A stretch of DNA of 64,000 nt from Macrostomum lignano (GCA_002269645.1 NIVC01000008.1:8998-72997); one strand, 5' to 3'; positions 28,685-42,505 are shown, counted from the first letter of the stretch. Notes: a model not told the origin generated them from the letters alone. Program-made: numbers and translations.

Positions 28685-31440
28685 TCACACCAGGCAGGTG
28701 AGCACGGCAGGGTGGTTTCGGTCGCAGATGCACAGCATCCTTTGACCTTCGTGGAGGCAGAGGCAGCAGTGGATTGGGTTGCGCCGGCTCCCGCCCTGCC
28801 ACAGCAGCCGCGTGGTCTCGAGGACCAGCTGGCACCCGGGCTCAGCCAGGTAGCCATCCAGGCAGCCGCCGCCGCTTTCGTTGGTTACCTTGACAACCAG
28901 GACGCGCGGCCCGTCCCAGATGACCAGCGGCGGGTCGATGGACTCGAAGTCTACGGCGCAATTTGCATTCAGACGCAGTGTCTGGCCCTCCACGAGGCCG
29001 AAAAGGCTCAGACAGAACGCCGGCTGCGACTTGGAGTGCAGCACCGCCAGCTGCTGGGTGGAGCCGCTCCAGCCGGCCGCCACGGCCGCGCCCAGGCCGA
29101 GCTGGTGGCTGCCGATCTGCCTGCCGCGCAGGTCCATGATGAGGAGTCCCTGGCCGGGACAGCACAGGAACACCAGTCCGGGCGGATCGGCCACGGCCAT
29201 GTCCATGGGCTCCAAGCTGGCCAGGTTCAGCGTTCGCGTGGCCGAGGTGAAAGGCTCGGCCGGCCGGCCACGCCTGTCCACAAGGAAAGGCCGGGTGCTG
29301 TGCCTGCTGCCGTAGCTCAGCACGAGGAGGCGCTGAGACTGCGGACACCAGGCCAGCCTGTAGGGGTTCACCTCCTGGCCGATGTTGAAGCTGAAGGCGC
29401 CAACCAGGCGACCGCGGGCCGTGTAGATGTTCACCTGGTTGGGCCGATCGTCTTCGAACTCTTCTGCAATGTAGAGAAGATTCTCTGGCGGACCGCCGAA
29501 TGCGATCGACACGGGACAGCCGCTGGTGGTGATCTGCGTTGGTTGCGGCGGCGGCGGCTGGTTGGCTGGCCGGTTTTTCTGCCTGTGGTACTCTTGATCC
29601 GGCTTGTAGCTTTCGTCGAAGAAACCGCGACGCAAAGCGGTGACGGCGCTCGGCGACCAATAGCGCGGCTGCTCGGACTCGTCGGGTGGGACTCGGGCTG
29701 AGGTCGCTGTCGGCGGGTCTCCAGCATGCTGGCGCGCGGTCCGCCAGGAGGCGCAGGGGAGCGCCGCTTGGTGCGCGGTGCCTCTGGGGCTGGCTGGCCC
29801 ATCCGAAGAGGACTCCGAGGCGGGCAGCGAGTAGTACTCGGACTCCCCTGTTGAACCCTTCACGCTGCTTGGCGGAACGGAGAGCTGGGCGGAAGTGGCG
29901 GCTGCAGTGGATTGGAGGATTTTACGACTGACTATTTCTTTTGGCTTTGCAGCCGCGAGATCCGATAATTAACGCGGTTCGCGTCTGGAAACTTTTGCTA
30001 TAGAGATGTATTTATGTATCAGTAACCTGTGTGCGGGTACCCTGTGATCTTGTCCATGCTTAGGGGTTACACTCCTGCCTCCCGCATTCTGCAGGTCAAG
30101 ACTGGCGGGAATTCTGCGCCCTCGATTTGCCTCTGGCAGCCGTAGACTCCCCACGCTGTCTCGGTCGCTAGCGGTCCCCCTACTGGTATCGGGCCAGCCT
30201 TGTGGGTTTTTTTGGCCCACTGCCAAGTCAGATGGAGCGGCTGGGCGGGTGCTGCGCCCCTTTGAGGGTAGCCTACCGACCGTTATCATGGCCTTCGAGC
30301 CGACTATGGATGAAAACCATTTAACTAGAGCTAGGTCAAGGTTTGCGGCAAAGATTAAGCAACTCAAGTGACAAATCGCTGAGCATTTTATTCAGCTCAT
30401 GGGCTACCTTCGAGCCACCTGCATGAACTCTCCATTCCAGAGAGAAACATGGCTGCTGGCGACACTGGGGGACCTCCCTGGGCGGCGCCAACCCTTCGTT
30501 CCTAGCCTCGGGCAGGCCGTTCAGGGATTAGCAGTGTCCCTCCCGGGACCGCTCTGCAGCTAAGTCAGTTAAGCCAGAGTAGCCACTCACAACTGGCCGG
30601 CCCTGGTGGCATTGTCTTCAGCCAGGCCTCAAAATCAGCCTGCCACCTGTGTTGGCACAGTCGCAGCTGCTCCACCGCTTCTGCTACCGCTGATTCCTCG
30701 GCACCGCCTGCGTCCGTGACAGCTTCGGCCGCGTCGGAACCGGCGCCATCCTCGAGCCCCAGGGCAGCGGTTGCCGACTCGAGCAGTTGCAGCAGGTCGA
30801 CGTCGCTCGGCTCGGAGTCATCACCGAGACGGCCAACCAGAGCGTCACGGGTGACTCGCAACTCGCCAATCCGCTTGTCCAGCAGCCGTCGGCAGTTTCT
30901 CTCCAGGAGCTCCGCTTCGGAGAGACGCTGACGACGCTGGGCTGTCAGGACGTCCTCCAGCCAGCGGAAGGTGCCCTCTAGCGCCCGACGGCGGTCCTGC
31001 ATGTCGCGTAGTAGACGCTCGCGCGTGGCCTCCAAAGCTCTGCGACGTCTCTGAAGCTGATGGGCGCGGTTGGCCAGCTGTTGATGAAGTTGCTGCTGTC
31101 TTTGCTTCTGCTGCTGCTGCTGCCTGTGCTGCTGCTGACCGTGGACAGCCGTGTAGGAGCTGCCGAATGGTGCCAGACCTGAGGGACCCCTGAGGGGAAG
31201 AAGGGGATTTTTCGGCGGTCAGAATCGGTTTATCTGAAGTGATTGAGTAGAATAATGGAGCATTTCGATTCTTAGAAACTTATTGGAGGCTGACTTTATG
31301 AATAAAAATACACTAGAGATACAAAATCCACACGAATTTCTCTCCGTTCCCAGACTTTGACTCGATCGCATAGAAATATAAAGCTACCTTGTTGGTGAGG
31401 GCTGCTGCTGCTGCGGGAGGCTCTTTCGACGTCCAGACAT
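28685..31440 (-). CDS. Coiled-coil + NHL-like/beta-propeller protein (622 aa, TRIM-NHL-like but without RING/B-box)
   Basis: Exons 31440-31388, 31189-30591 and 29901-28685 join in frame (1869 nt) with GT-AG sites. Gln-rich N-terminus, coiled coil, S/P linker, then blade-like repeats (PVSIAF..LLYIAE, PYRLAW, PMDMAV). Confidence 0.8.
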
Positions 31441-32029
31441 GGCGTATGGGTGCAGTGAGGCGTCACAGTCTAGAATTCAGCTACACAGTGCAACAATACT
31501 TTGGCTCAGGCCGAATGCGAGCCTGCCAAACGCAAGCAAGCCTATAAGCTATAATTCATTTCTTCAGCGGAAGTTCAGACTTCTGGTGCGAACAGTTCTA
31601 TTTCTAAAGCTTCTAGGCCAAAATTGTCTCCAGCAACCAAGCCAGAAAGATTTCAATCTTTAAAGACAATTTAATTCTGGAATAGAGAAGATAGCAGTTG
31701 CTGTCTTCTTTACCCAACGGGCTTTTAGGTGGCCGGCAGTAGGCAGTAGTGTATACATGCAGTACATGCACGCAGTCGCAGGCAAATGCGCTGACACACA
31801 CACACACACACACACAGAGTGTAGGTTTTATTACCTATTTCGAGTTTTATTACCAATTCGAAAGCAAAATGGTTTGACTTGAAATTTGTGAGAAAAATAA
31901 TTCAGAATTTTTATCATTATTCGAATCCTGAAAAGCTTACGGTAAAAAATTACGGTCATTAAAGAAAACTTACTGCATCTTAATGGGTGCTAATCTTGCC
32001 AAATCGTTGTTGCTTATGAATAGCCTGCA

Positions 32030-32700
32030 GTTGGTCATCACCCTAACAGTGTATTAGTTGGTCATCACCCACTCTAAAAAGTGTATTAGTTGGTCATCAC
32101 CCACTCTAAACAGTGTATTAGTTGGTCATCACCCACTCTAAACAGTGTATTAGTTGGTCATCACCCACTCTAAACAGTGTATTAGTTGGTCATCACCCAC
32201 TCTAAACAGTGTTTAGTTGGTCATCACCCACTCTAAACAGTGTTTAGTTGGTCATCACCCACTCTAAACAGTGTTTAGTTGGTCATCACCCACTCTAAAC
32301 AGTGTATTAGTTGGTCATCACCCACTCTAAAAAGTGTATTAGTTGGTCATCACGCACTCTAAAAAGTGTATTAGTTGGTCATCACCCACTCTAAACAGTG
32401 TATTAGTTGGTCATCACCCACTCTAAACAGTGTATTAGTTGGTCATCACCCACTCTAAACAGTGTTTAGTTGGTCATCACCCACTCTAAACAGTGTTTAG
32501 TTGGTCATCACCCACTCTAAACAGTGTTTAGTTGGTCATCACCCACTCTAAACAGTGTATTAGTTGGTCATCACCCACTCTAAAAAGTGTATTAGTTGGT
32601 CATCACCCACTCTAAACAGTGTTTAGTTGGTCATCACCCACTCTAAACAGTGTATTAGTTGGTCATCACCCACTCTAAGCAGTGTATTAGTTGGTCATCA
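32030..32700. repeat. 31-32-bp minisatellite (TTAGTTGGTCATCACCCACTCTAAACAGTGTA)
   Basis: About 21 units. Confidence 0.95.
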
Positions 32701-33195
32701 ACCACTACGAATAGTCTCTTGTGCTGCTCACAAATAATTTATATTGGTGAAACACGAGACAGATTTAATATGAATCGATTTGGTCACATGCAGTTCGGTT
32801 CTCAGCTCGGAGTGCAACAAGCGGGACAGTTAGGCACACTCACATTCTGCTATACAGGCGCACATGCGGCCAGGGCGGCCAGGACTATCAGGGCTACAAC
32901 TGTCTTCTTATCACCACAGGCCTCCCAGTGAGAGGTGTGGTGAGAGACCTCGAAGGGAAGTATATTTTTGGACTGGAACGTACGAACTGCCGGCTGAAGC
33001 TTTCCGCATTCCTTGTAAACTTGTTAAATCAAAATCTGCGTGCATGCGCGGAAACTTTGATAAACCGAAGGCTAGAAGTGTTAAGCGAAATGCGACCAAT
33101 CTTCTGATATCAAGGATCCTTCAAGTAGACATCGCGCATCTCCTGCCAGAGAAGGCCACCTTGTAGCAGCAAAGCTGGTCACAAGCAGCATAAAA

Positions 33196-36100
33196 ATGTT
33201 TCCAAGGCGAACTGCTAGGGCAGACATTTTCACCGAGTCATTGTCGAGCGACCTACGAAGGTGAGTTCGAGATACGAGTATAATAATTACTACCAACAGC
33301 TTAAAATCTCTAGGTCGCTAAAGTCAAACTGAAACTACTTTCATGTCTGCATCACCTGCAAAACATGCCACGCAACGTTCTACTTGTTAGTAGGCAAACG
33401 CGATTCAATACTCAATAGCCAGTCGATTCCATATCGAAAGAGTGACTCAGTGCGCTGCTGGCTGCTCACGGGTTGGATCAGATCCGAAGGAAGCGGCAGA
33501 CACAGAAAACTGCTAATTGCGGTACTCAAATAAATAAAGCAAATATATTCTAGCTCGTAATGGGAGGAGCCGCGCATACCCACGACGCTTCCGTTTTCAT
33601 GGAAACTGTTTCATAGAAATAGCAAATAAAAGCAACTTCTTCTGCTAGTAGGATCTGCCGCCTCAAGCCAGACCAGCTCAAGAGGCTGGCGAAAGGCGAA
33701 AGACCCTGCGACCGTCTGTGCCGGGCATGAATTCGGCAACCGATCGGTTCTGGCGAAGGTAAGGGGAAACAGTTCCCAGTCTAAGAGAGATTGGACCGAC
33801 AAACTGCGGCTCGCGAAGCCTCTCCGCCCGGCCCTCCGCCTTTGAAACTTCACACCTGCTATCCGGTATGCAATCCGGCAAGGGCACACGTGTTTTTTAG
33901 TACGTTTAAATGCTTGCAGTTTAACCAAGGGTGCTAGCCGCGACCCCTGGTTCGATTCCGTGCGAAGCCCCCCTCCCAACAGTCTGTATGGAGTAAAAAA
34001 CAATAAGATTAAATACAAATTAAATTAAATTCTTCTCCTTTGGGTAATGTGTTTCCGCTCAAAAGTAAGCCTTCAAAAGAAACGAAGAGCGGCGTCTACG
34101 CGCAGTCTCGCACACGACGCATTTCAGCAGCGAGTCCGATACCGATGACCTTCGACGCGACAGCGAGAGCGGCAAGGACGAGGCCGGAGGCGGCGGCGGG
34201 GCCCGGCGGCGCGGTCTGCTGGTGTCCAGCCGCGCTGTGCCCTCCGCTGTGGCCGGCTTCAGCGGCAGCGGCGGCAGCGGTGGCGGAAGCACCTCAGTCA
34301 ACGGAGACGAGGAAGACTACGACTCAGAAGCGTGTCGCCAAGGCGATGAGGAGTTCACCGCCGAGGCGGGGGACGGCGCCAGCGGCGACGTATTCGAATC
34401 TGACGCGGCCGAGGCACTCCGGGCTCGGGCGGTCGACGAGCGGCACCAGCTGCTGTTCGAGCGGAACCGGCTGCGCCATCACAAGCGGCAGCTGGAGGAG
34501 CTGCTGGACACCAGCGAGGACGCCAACAAGCAGCTGAGCGACCGAGTCAAGAGCCTGGAGGTCGAACTGGCAGGGTTAGTTGACATAACGGCATAACGGT
34601 TAGCTAATATAGGCCCTCAAAAACAATTTTTTATTTCCCTAAAGCGCGTCATTTTCGCACATTTGATCCCGTGCCCGGGCGTCCAGTGAATTGACTGACA
34701 CAGGGCTACGCTTGTGCTTATGCTTGCCCAGAAGACTGACTGACGACCAATTCGCACTCGTTCTTGTTGATTTTTCGTCTTTCGCCCATGATTCGCGCGT
34801 CTGCCTTTTTAGTTCTGTTTATTGTTAAACACTGCCTTTAAACTGGGGTTGATCTGACTCACGAGCAGGGTTGGTTGGCAAATAGAGCTCGGAGACACTC
34901 AAACTAATAAAAGTAAAAGCCTCTTAAAGCTCCGTAGGCAGAGCGCACTCTCCAGTCGTCCCCGCCGCGCATCTTCGCAGCCTCCGCCGGACCAACCACC
35001 AGCTGAAGCGTCGCCTGGAGGAGGAGACCGCCCGGGCAGAGGCCATGGAGCGTCGGGCAGCTCAGGCGGAGTCGGCTGGAGCTGCGCTCAGCCAGGAGGT
35101 TGGCCGGCTGCGGGACCGGAACGGCCGGCTGCGGGAGGAACTGCGGCACAGCCAGGGCAGTATTGCCGGCTTTCTTAACGATGTGGCCGAGGTGAGGATG
35201 AGCTACTTGTTGTCATGGAGACAGCGGGTTCAGGTTTCAGAGGCTGGGAAACTTCAGTGTTTTCTGATGATCGGGACTATGATTATTGACTCCCGAACCT
35301 AACCTAAACATCCTTAAACAATAACCTACAATAGACCCAAACCTAAACCCTAACCTAAAACGCTCTCTCCTGATGATTTGGCGTCTGTCATTGTTTTAAT
35401 GTCTGTCATAGTGTCTCTCACAGTATCTTTTATAGTGCCCGTCTTAGTGTCCGTCTTAGTGTCCATCTTAGTGTCCATCTTAGTGCCCGTCTTAGTGTCC
35501 ATCTTAGTGCCCGTCTTAGTGTCCATTTTAGTGTCCGTCTTAGTGTCCATCTTAGTGTCCATCTTAGTGTCCATCTTAGTGTCCATCTTAGTGCCCGTCT
35601 TAGTGTCCATTTTAGTGTCCGTCTTAGTGTCCATTTTAGTGTCCGTCTTAGTGTCCATCTTAGTGTCCGTCTTAGTGTCCATCTTAGTGTCCATCTTAGT
35701 GTCTGTCTTAGTGTCCGTCTTACGACGTATTGTCCATCTTAGTGTCCATCTTAGTGTCTATCTTAGTGTTCATCTTAGTGTCCATCTTAGTGTCCATCTT
35801 AGTGTCCATCTTAGTGTCCGTCTTAGTGTCCATTTTAGTGTCCGTCTTAGTGTCCATTTTAGTGTCCGTCTTAGTGTCCATCTTAGTGTCCGTCTTAGTG
35901 TCCATCTTAGTGTCCATCTTAGTGTCTGTCTTAGTGTCCGTCTTACGACGTATTGTCCATCTTAGTGTCCATCTTAGTATCTGTCTTAGTGTTCGTCTTA
36001 GTGTCCCTCTTAGTGTCCGTCTTAGTGTCCATTTTAGTGTCCATCTTAGTGTCCATCTTAGTGTCCATCTTAGTGTCCATCTTAGTGTCCATCTTAGTGT

Positions 36101-39100
36101 CCATCTTAGTGTCTAACTTAGTGTCCGTCTTACGACGTATTGTCCATATTAGTGTCCGTCTTAGTGTCCATCTTAGTGTCCATCTTAGTCTTAGTCTTAG
36201 TCTTAGTCAATGGAGTCAATTAGTCTTAGTCTTAGTCTTAGTCTTTGTGTCAGTCTAAGTGTCCATCTTAGTCTCAGGGCCCTACCAATGAAGATTGTTT
36301 CAGCCAATGCCAGCTTCAATCCCTCTCCATTCTGCTCACAATTTCCTCATCAATATCACAAAATGCAAAGCTAAACGCAGTTTTTGTTAAGGGTGACCCT
36401 CAGGAATGCAAGATGGAGTGCAGATTCCATGAGCCCGGTCTGACAGGCCCACTTGACTTGGCAGACTGGTTCCTTCCCTCTGCCTGCCGCACTCGAGTCA
36501 TGAGCTTGTTGCCATTCTCACACCCAGCTCACCGCCTTTCTCTCTAACTATCTCTCTCGCCCATCGCCCTCCGTGTGGACTGGCAAAAAGCAATCATTTA
36601 TCTCCATCTTCGGCTCTGTCTCACTCTTTTGCTACACAGAAGAGAGCCTGCATCAAGAAGCTGGAAGAGGATCTGGCCAGCCTGCGAGACGGTTGCAACC
36701 GGCTGAGTGCGGCTTCTTCGCAGCAACAGCAGAAGAAACAATCCAAGCCAGAGCCCCACCAGGAGCCGCAAAACCACCAAGAGCGGCCACAAGAAACTCG
36801 AAGCTCGCCTAGATTTGAGCAAAGCATTCGCGACGAAATTTTGTCGCAGGTAATTACTGCGATTAATGAATGCTGCTTCAAGAGTACTATTAGTAGTAAA
36901 ACTAAAACTAATTCAATATTCGTCCATCTATGGAAGGTCAACGAAGGTCAAGGCCTGAGCTGCGGCGGCCCGAGTCCGTTCTGCGGCAAGGCGACGGCGA
37001 TGCGGCGTGGCGCCCCAGAGTCACTTGACGTGTCAAAACTGATGGGTGAGATGTCTAGATTTTCAAGCTTCTCTAAAGCTCTGTGTAATCCACTAGCATA
37101 CTGGGGCATCAACAGAGGAGCGAGATCTGTACCGCCAGCAGCTGCACGAGGCCTCGGAGCGGATGCGATCCACTGCTGGCCTGATTCGCCACGGCCTGCT
37201 GGAGAAATTCAACGCGCTCGAGAGACAGGTGCGGCTGGAGAGGCGAGAGAACTGCCGGCTGGCTGAACAGGTGACTTTGTGGGCCTAATGGTGCTGGGGC
37301 TGCGGCTGCTGACATGTCTGTGGCTGTGGCTACGGCTGCTGACATGTCTGTGGCTGTGGCTGTGGCTGTGGCTGTGGCTATTACTGACATGTCTGTGGCT
37401 GTGGCTGTGGCTGTGGCTGCTGACATGTCTGTGGCTGGGGCTGCGGCTGCTGACATGTCTGTGGCTGGGGCTGTGGGTGTGGCTATTACTGACATGTCTG
37501 TGGCTGTGGCTGTGGCTGTGGCTGTGGCTGTGGCTGCTGACATGTCTGTGGCTGGGCTGCGGCTGCTGACATGTCTGTGGCTGGGGCTGTGGCTGTGGCT
37601 ATTACTGACATGTCTGTGGCTGTGGCTGTGGCTATTACTGACATGTCTGTGGCTGTGGGTGTGGCTATTACTGACATGTCTGTGGCTGTGGCTGTGGCTG
37701 TGGCTGCTGACATGTCTGTGGCTGGGGCTGCGGCTGCTGACATGTCTGTGGCTGGGGCTGTGGCTGTGGCTGTGGCTATTACTGACATGTCTGTGGCTGT
37801 GGCTGTGGCTATTACTGACATGTCTGTGGCTGTGGCTGTGGCTATTACTGACATGTCTGTGGCTGTGGCTGTGGCTATTACTGACATGTCTGTGGCTGTG
37901 GCTGTGGCTATTACTGACATGTCTGTGGCTGTGGCTGTGGCTGTGGCTATTACTGACATGTCTGTGGCTGTGGCTGTGGCTGTGGCTGTGGCTATTACTG
38001 ACATGTCTGTGGCTGTGGCTGTGGCTATTACTGACATGTCTGTGGCTGTGGCTGTGGCTATTACTGACATGTCTGTGGCTGTGGCTGTGGCTATTACTGA
38101 CATGTCTGTGGCTGTGGCTGTGGCTACTACTGAAATGGCTGTGGCTGTGGCTGTGGCTGCTGACATGTCTGTGGCTGTGGCTGTGGCTATTACTGACATG
38201 TCTGTGGCTGTGGCTGTGGCTACTACTGAAATGTCTGTGGCTGTGGCTGTGGCTGCTGACATGTCTGTGGCTGGGACTTCTGACATGTTTGTGCCTGGTT
38301 CTAATGGCAACTACTTTAAAATAAGAACCACAAAACTTTCTTAGTTGCTTGAAAAAAATATTTATGCATATAATCATAAATTTCTGCCGCTTGAAGCAGC
38401 AACTAGTTCAAATGTATTTCTTCATATAATTATACCGCAATACGTGTAAGACACAGTGGGGCAAGCAAACGCATGCACAAATCAAGCGCAGAAAGAAGAG
38501 GCAATGGGAAAAGCATTCAATTTAGCAGGCAAAGCTATATGAAAGAAATGATTCTGCATATTAATTGCACTACGAGACGCAATACGGAAGTAAAAATCAG
38601 TCAAAAGCAGAGAAAACAGTTATGAAATTCAGTGCTGATCGGTGCACTTCAGAGCTCAAGTCATCCTAATTTGGGCAGCGACGGCAGCTCAGTCGACCTC
38701 CTCGACGGTGGGTCCGCCCGCTCGTCCCGCTCGCTGCGGACCCTGCGGAGGCGGCTGCTGCTGCTGCTGATGCAGCTTGGCCATGAGAGGCGAGCACAGG
38801 CTGCTCAGCTGCCGCTGCTGTTCGGCGATCTCGTCCTTGTCGGCCGTCTGGTTGTTCTCCAGCCAGGAGATGACGCGGTCGCAAGCGGCGGTCACCTCGC
38901 CGGCCTCCTTCTCGCCCAGCCGGTCCTTGCAGTCGTTGGCCGCCTGCTTGTACTGGAAGGCGAGCGATTCCAGCTGGTTGCGGGCCGCCAGGCGCTCGCG
39001 GTGCCGCTCGTCCTCCTCGCGGAACTTCTCCGCGTCCCGCACCATCCGCTCGATCTCGTCCTTCGACAGGCGACCCTTGTCGTTCGTGATCGTGATCTTC

Positions 39101-41088
39101 TCCTCCTTGCTGGTGCTCTTGTCCTTCGCCGACACCACCAGGATTCCGTTGGCGTCTACGTCGAAGGTCACCTCGATCTGCGGGACTCCGCGCGGCGCTG
39201 GCGGGATGCCGTCCAGGTTGAACCGGCCCAGCAGGTGGTTGTCCCTGGTCAGCGCCCGCTCGCCCTCAAACACCTGCACCGTGACGCCGCTCTGGTTGTC
39301 CGAGTACGTGGTGAACGTCTGCGTCGCCTTGGTTGGGATGCGGCTGTTCCTCTCCACGATCTTGGTCATCACGCCGCCGGCAGTCTCGATGCCCAGCGAC
39401 AGCGGAGCCACGTCAAGCAGCAGCAGGTCTTCGATCTTCTCGTCCTTCACACCGGTCAGCACCGCCGCCTGCACCGCGGCTCCGTACGCGACCGCCTCAT
39501 CCGGGTTGATCGACTTGTTCAGCGTCCGGCCGCCCATGAACTCCTGCAGCAGCTTCTGCACCTTCGGGATCCTCGTCGATCCGCCGACCAGAACAATCTC
39601 GCTGACGCTGCTCTTGTCCATCTTGGCGTCCCTCAGCGCTCGCTCCACCGGCTCCATCGTCTGACGGAAGAGGTCAGCGCACAGCTCCTCGAACCGAGCC
39701 CTGGTCACGCTGGTGTAAAAGTCGATGCCCTCGAACAGCGAGTCGATCTCGATGCTTGCCTGCGCTGAGCTGCTCAGAGTTCGCTTCGCTCGCTCAGCCG
39801 CTGTGCGCAGCCGCCTCACTGCTCGGGCGTTGCCGCTCATGTCCTTGCGGTACTTGCGCTTGAACTCCTGGATCAGGTGCTCCACCAGCCGGTTGTCAAA
39901 GTCTTCGCCGCCCAAATGAGTGTCACCGGCCGTCGATCGCACCTCGAACATGCTGCCCTCCGACACCGTCAGGATGGACACGTCGAATGTGCCGCCTCCC
40001 AGGTCGAAGATCAGAATGTTCTTCTCGCCGTCCAGGCTCTTGTCCAGCCCGTAGGCCAGGGCAGCCGCCGTCGGCTCGTTCACAATCCGCAGCACATTCA
40101 GCCCGGCGATCGCGCCAGCGTCCTTCGTCGCTTGCCGCTGGCTGTCGTTGAAGTAGGCCGGCACCGTGATCACCGCGTCAGTCACCTTCTCGCCGAGGTA
40201 CGCCTCCGCCGTCTCCTTCATCTTGGTCAGCACCATGGCCGAGATCTCCTCCGGGTAGAAGCTCCGCCTCTCGCCCATGTACTGAACCTCGATCTTCGGC
40301 CGCCCACCGTCGTTCGCCACCTTGAACGGCCACAGCTTCATGTCCCGCTGCACCGTCTCGTCGCTGAACTTCCTCCCGATGAGTCGCTTGGCGTCGAACA
40401 CCGTGTTCTCCGGGTTCATCGCCACCTGGTTCTTTGCCGCGTCGCCCACCAGCCTCTCCGTGTCCGTGAAGGCCACGTAGCTGGGCGTGGTTCGGTTGCC
40501 CTGGTCATTGGCGATGATCTCCACTTTGCCTGCCTGGAACACGCCCACGCACGAGTACGTGGTGCCCAGGTCGATGCCGATTGCAGGTCCGTTGCTCCTC
40601 TTGCCCATGATGCTTCTTCACTGAGCTGAGCTTGACTGAGAAAGAGGCTTCTTCACTGAGGAAGGCTTGTCTTGCTTTGGATGCTTTTGGATTGCTTTGG
40701 TTGCGATCCGAACTGCTTGCTCCTGGGCCAGCAGGACCGCCTGCTTTTATAGACTGCAGCTCAGCTTCGAGAAATTTCCAGAATTCCCCATTCACGCCGT
40801 CACACGTTGGCCCTCTGCTTCGCTGTGCTATTTTTAGAACACCGATTCTCGAATTTTCTCTACTAGTAGAACCCACTAACAATAATTAAAGTCACATTCG
40901 CTGCAGTTACTGAAAGTAGAAATATATAGTTATGTGTATATTTTTGTATTTCCCTTTGCAAAAATTGACTAGAAAGTGCCTTTACAATTACATTGCATGT
41001 ACATTGCAGCTCAAGCGTTGCCACAGCAGACAGACAAGCGCCTTCAGCGACAGCGCCTGTCAAGTCGGCGAGCCCTTCTTGCGGTCAG
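33196..41088 (+). CDS. Multi-exon coiled-coil protein, probably the N-terminal half of the IRAG/LRMP-like gene (partial model)
   Basis: Phase-compatible exons: 33196-33260 (or 33727-33758), 34080/34128-34574, 34981-35191, 36640-36849, 36937-37045, 37116-37270 and 41010-41088. Heptad segments such as [19 protein letters not shown] and [15 protein letters not shown]. No stop codon before the 3.7-kb intron; further probable exons at ~41829-41902, 42028-42125 and 42629-42851. Confidence 0.7.
35425..36270. repeat. 12-bp intronic minisatellite (TTAGTGTCCATC) with higher-order blocks
   Basis: The interruption ACGACGTATT recurs at ~35722, ~35946 and ~36132. Confidence 0.92.
37285..38290. repeat. Compound (GTGGCT)n + ATTACTGACATGTCT minisatellite, intronic
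   Basis: Begins 15 nt after the donor at 37270. Confidence 0.93.
38689..40608 (-). CDS. HSP70: Cytosolic heat-inducible HSP70 (639 aa, intronless)
   Basis: [24 protein letters not shown] and [14 protein letters not shown] signatures; C-terminal GPTVEEVD; no introns, no GGMP repeats; HSEs upstream. Confidence 0.98.
   Translation of the reverse strand: MGKRSNGPAIGIDLGTTYSCVGVFQAGKVEIIANDQGNRTTPSYVAFTDTERLVGDAAKNQVAMNPENTVFDAKRLIGRKFSDETVQRDMKLWPFKVANDGGRPKIEVQYMGERRSFYPEEISAMVLTKMKETAEAYLGEKVTDAVITVPAYFNDSQRQATKDAGAIAGLNVLRIVNEPTAAALAYGLDKSLDGEKNILIFDLGGGTFDVSILTVSEGSMFEVRSTAGDTHLGGEDFDNRLVEHLIQEFKRKYRKDMSGNARAVRRLRTAAERAKRTLSSSAQASIEIDSLFEGIDFYTSVTRARFEELCADLFRQTMEPVERALRDAKMDKSSVSEIVLVGGSTRIPKVQKLLQEFMGGRTLNKSINPDEAVAYGAAVQAAVLTGVKDEKIEDLLLLDVAPLSLGIETAGGVMTKIVERNSRIPTKATQTFTTYSDNQSGVTVQVFEGERALTRDNHLLGRFNLDGIPPAPRGVPQIEVTFDVDANGILVVSAKDKSTSKEEKITITNDKGRLSKDEIERMVRDAEKFREEDERHRERLAARNQLESLAFQYKQAANDCKDRLGEKEAGEVTAACDRVISWLENNQTADKDEIAEQQRQLSSLCSPLMAKLHQQQQQPPPQGPQRAGRAGGPTVEEVD
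40745..40751 (-). promoter_or_regulatory. TATA box of HSP70
   Basis: TATAAAA on the minus strand, ~140 bp upstream of the ATG and 14 bp from the HSE. Confidence 0.85.
40765..40784. promoter_or_regulatory. Perfect 4-unit heat shock element
   Basis: cTTCgaGAAatTTCcaGAAt = alternating nGAAn pentamers. Confidence 0.92.
40845..40859. promoter_or_regulatory. Second heat shock element (3 units)
   Basis: aTTCtcGAAttTTCt. Confidence 0.85.
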
Positions 41089-41107
41089 GTGAGTTGCAAT
41101 TTGGGTT

Positions 41108-41645
<538 letters not shown>

Positions 41646-42334
41646 CGTAAAAGCCCCGGTGCCGGCAAAGTGTACAAAGGCTGGCCAAAGCCTGCATTGC
41701 CTTCAACTGCGGCCGCGCACAGGGCAGCAGACAGATTTGCCGAGCCTCCCTGCAGCAGCCGCGGCGCCGTATTCAGTATCCGTGGGCGCAGATAAATCCC
41801 CAAGTCCCTCCCCTCCGCTCCACTCCAGAGCCTGGCCGATTTGACGCCCGCTTCCCGCGCAGCGTCTTTCTGCATCAGCACCGGAGGCTGTCCACAGGGC
41901 GGGTAAGCGGTGGGGTTGGGGAGAAGTCGGGGCAAAGGCCGAAGCTACACAAGGCAAACACGGCTGCAGCTGGTTGGGCTAGAGATAAGAGCTTCCTGCG
42001 TCGCCATGGCAACTAAGTTTCTACCAGTTCGAATAAATCCTGGCTGCCTCGAATCCCAATTCAGATTGGCAAATTTAACCGGAGCGGAGCGGAGGCCACT
42101 CAGCTGAGAATCAGCAGCGCCTTTGGTGAGTTTTGAGCAGTTTATCATGAGAAATGTGCTAGTATCAGGAGCAGGAGCTGCTCTACATTTTCAAGTTCTC
42201 AGTTCAATCCAAGATTCCAGGGCATTTTGTTCGAAATTGAGGGGTAGGAAATGGCCCACTTCAGAGAATATAGACGTGCTTATGCCAAACAATTCAGGTA
42301 TAAGTAAAAAAGTACCTTTCCACAAAAGCAGCCT

Positions 42335-42505
42335 TCCTTAGAAATAGCCTTTCTTAGAAATAGCCTTTCTTAGAAATAGCCTTCCTTAGAAATAGCCTTT
42401 CTTAGAAATAGCCTTTCTTAGAAATAGCCTTCCTTAGAAATAGCCTTTCTTAGAAATAGCCTTCCTTAGAAATAGCCTTTCTTAGAAACACCCTTCCTTA
42501 GAAAT
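42335..42505. repeat. 20-bp minisatellite (CTTAGAAATAGCCTTT/CC)
   Basis: Direct reading. Confidence 0.88.

Noticed and set aside
35297-35352. Telomere-like AACCCT/AACCTA stretch
   Set aside because: Only a few degenerate units, not a TTAGGG array.
37109-38377. His/Ser-rich, ATAT and VAVA repeat ORFs
   Set aside because: Stop-free frames of an intronic hexamer-based minisatellite lying after a clear donor at 37270.
38632-40629. Long + strand ORFs overlapping HSP70
   Set aside because: Antisense shadow ORFs typical of GC-rich HSP70 genes.
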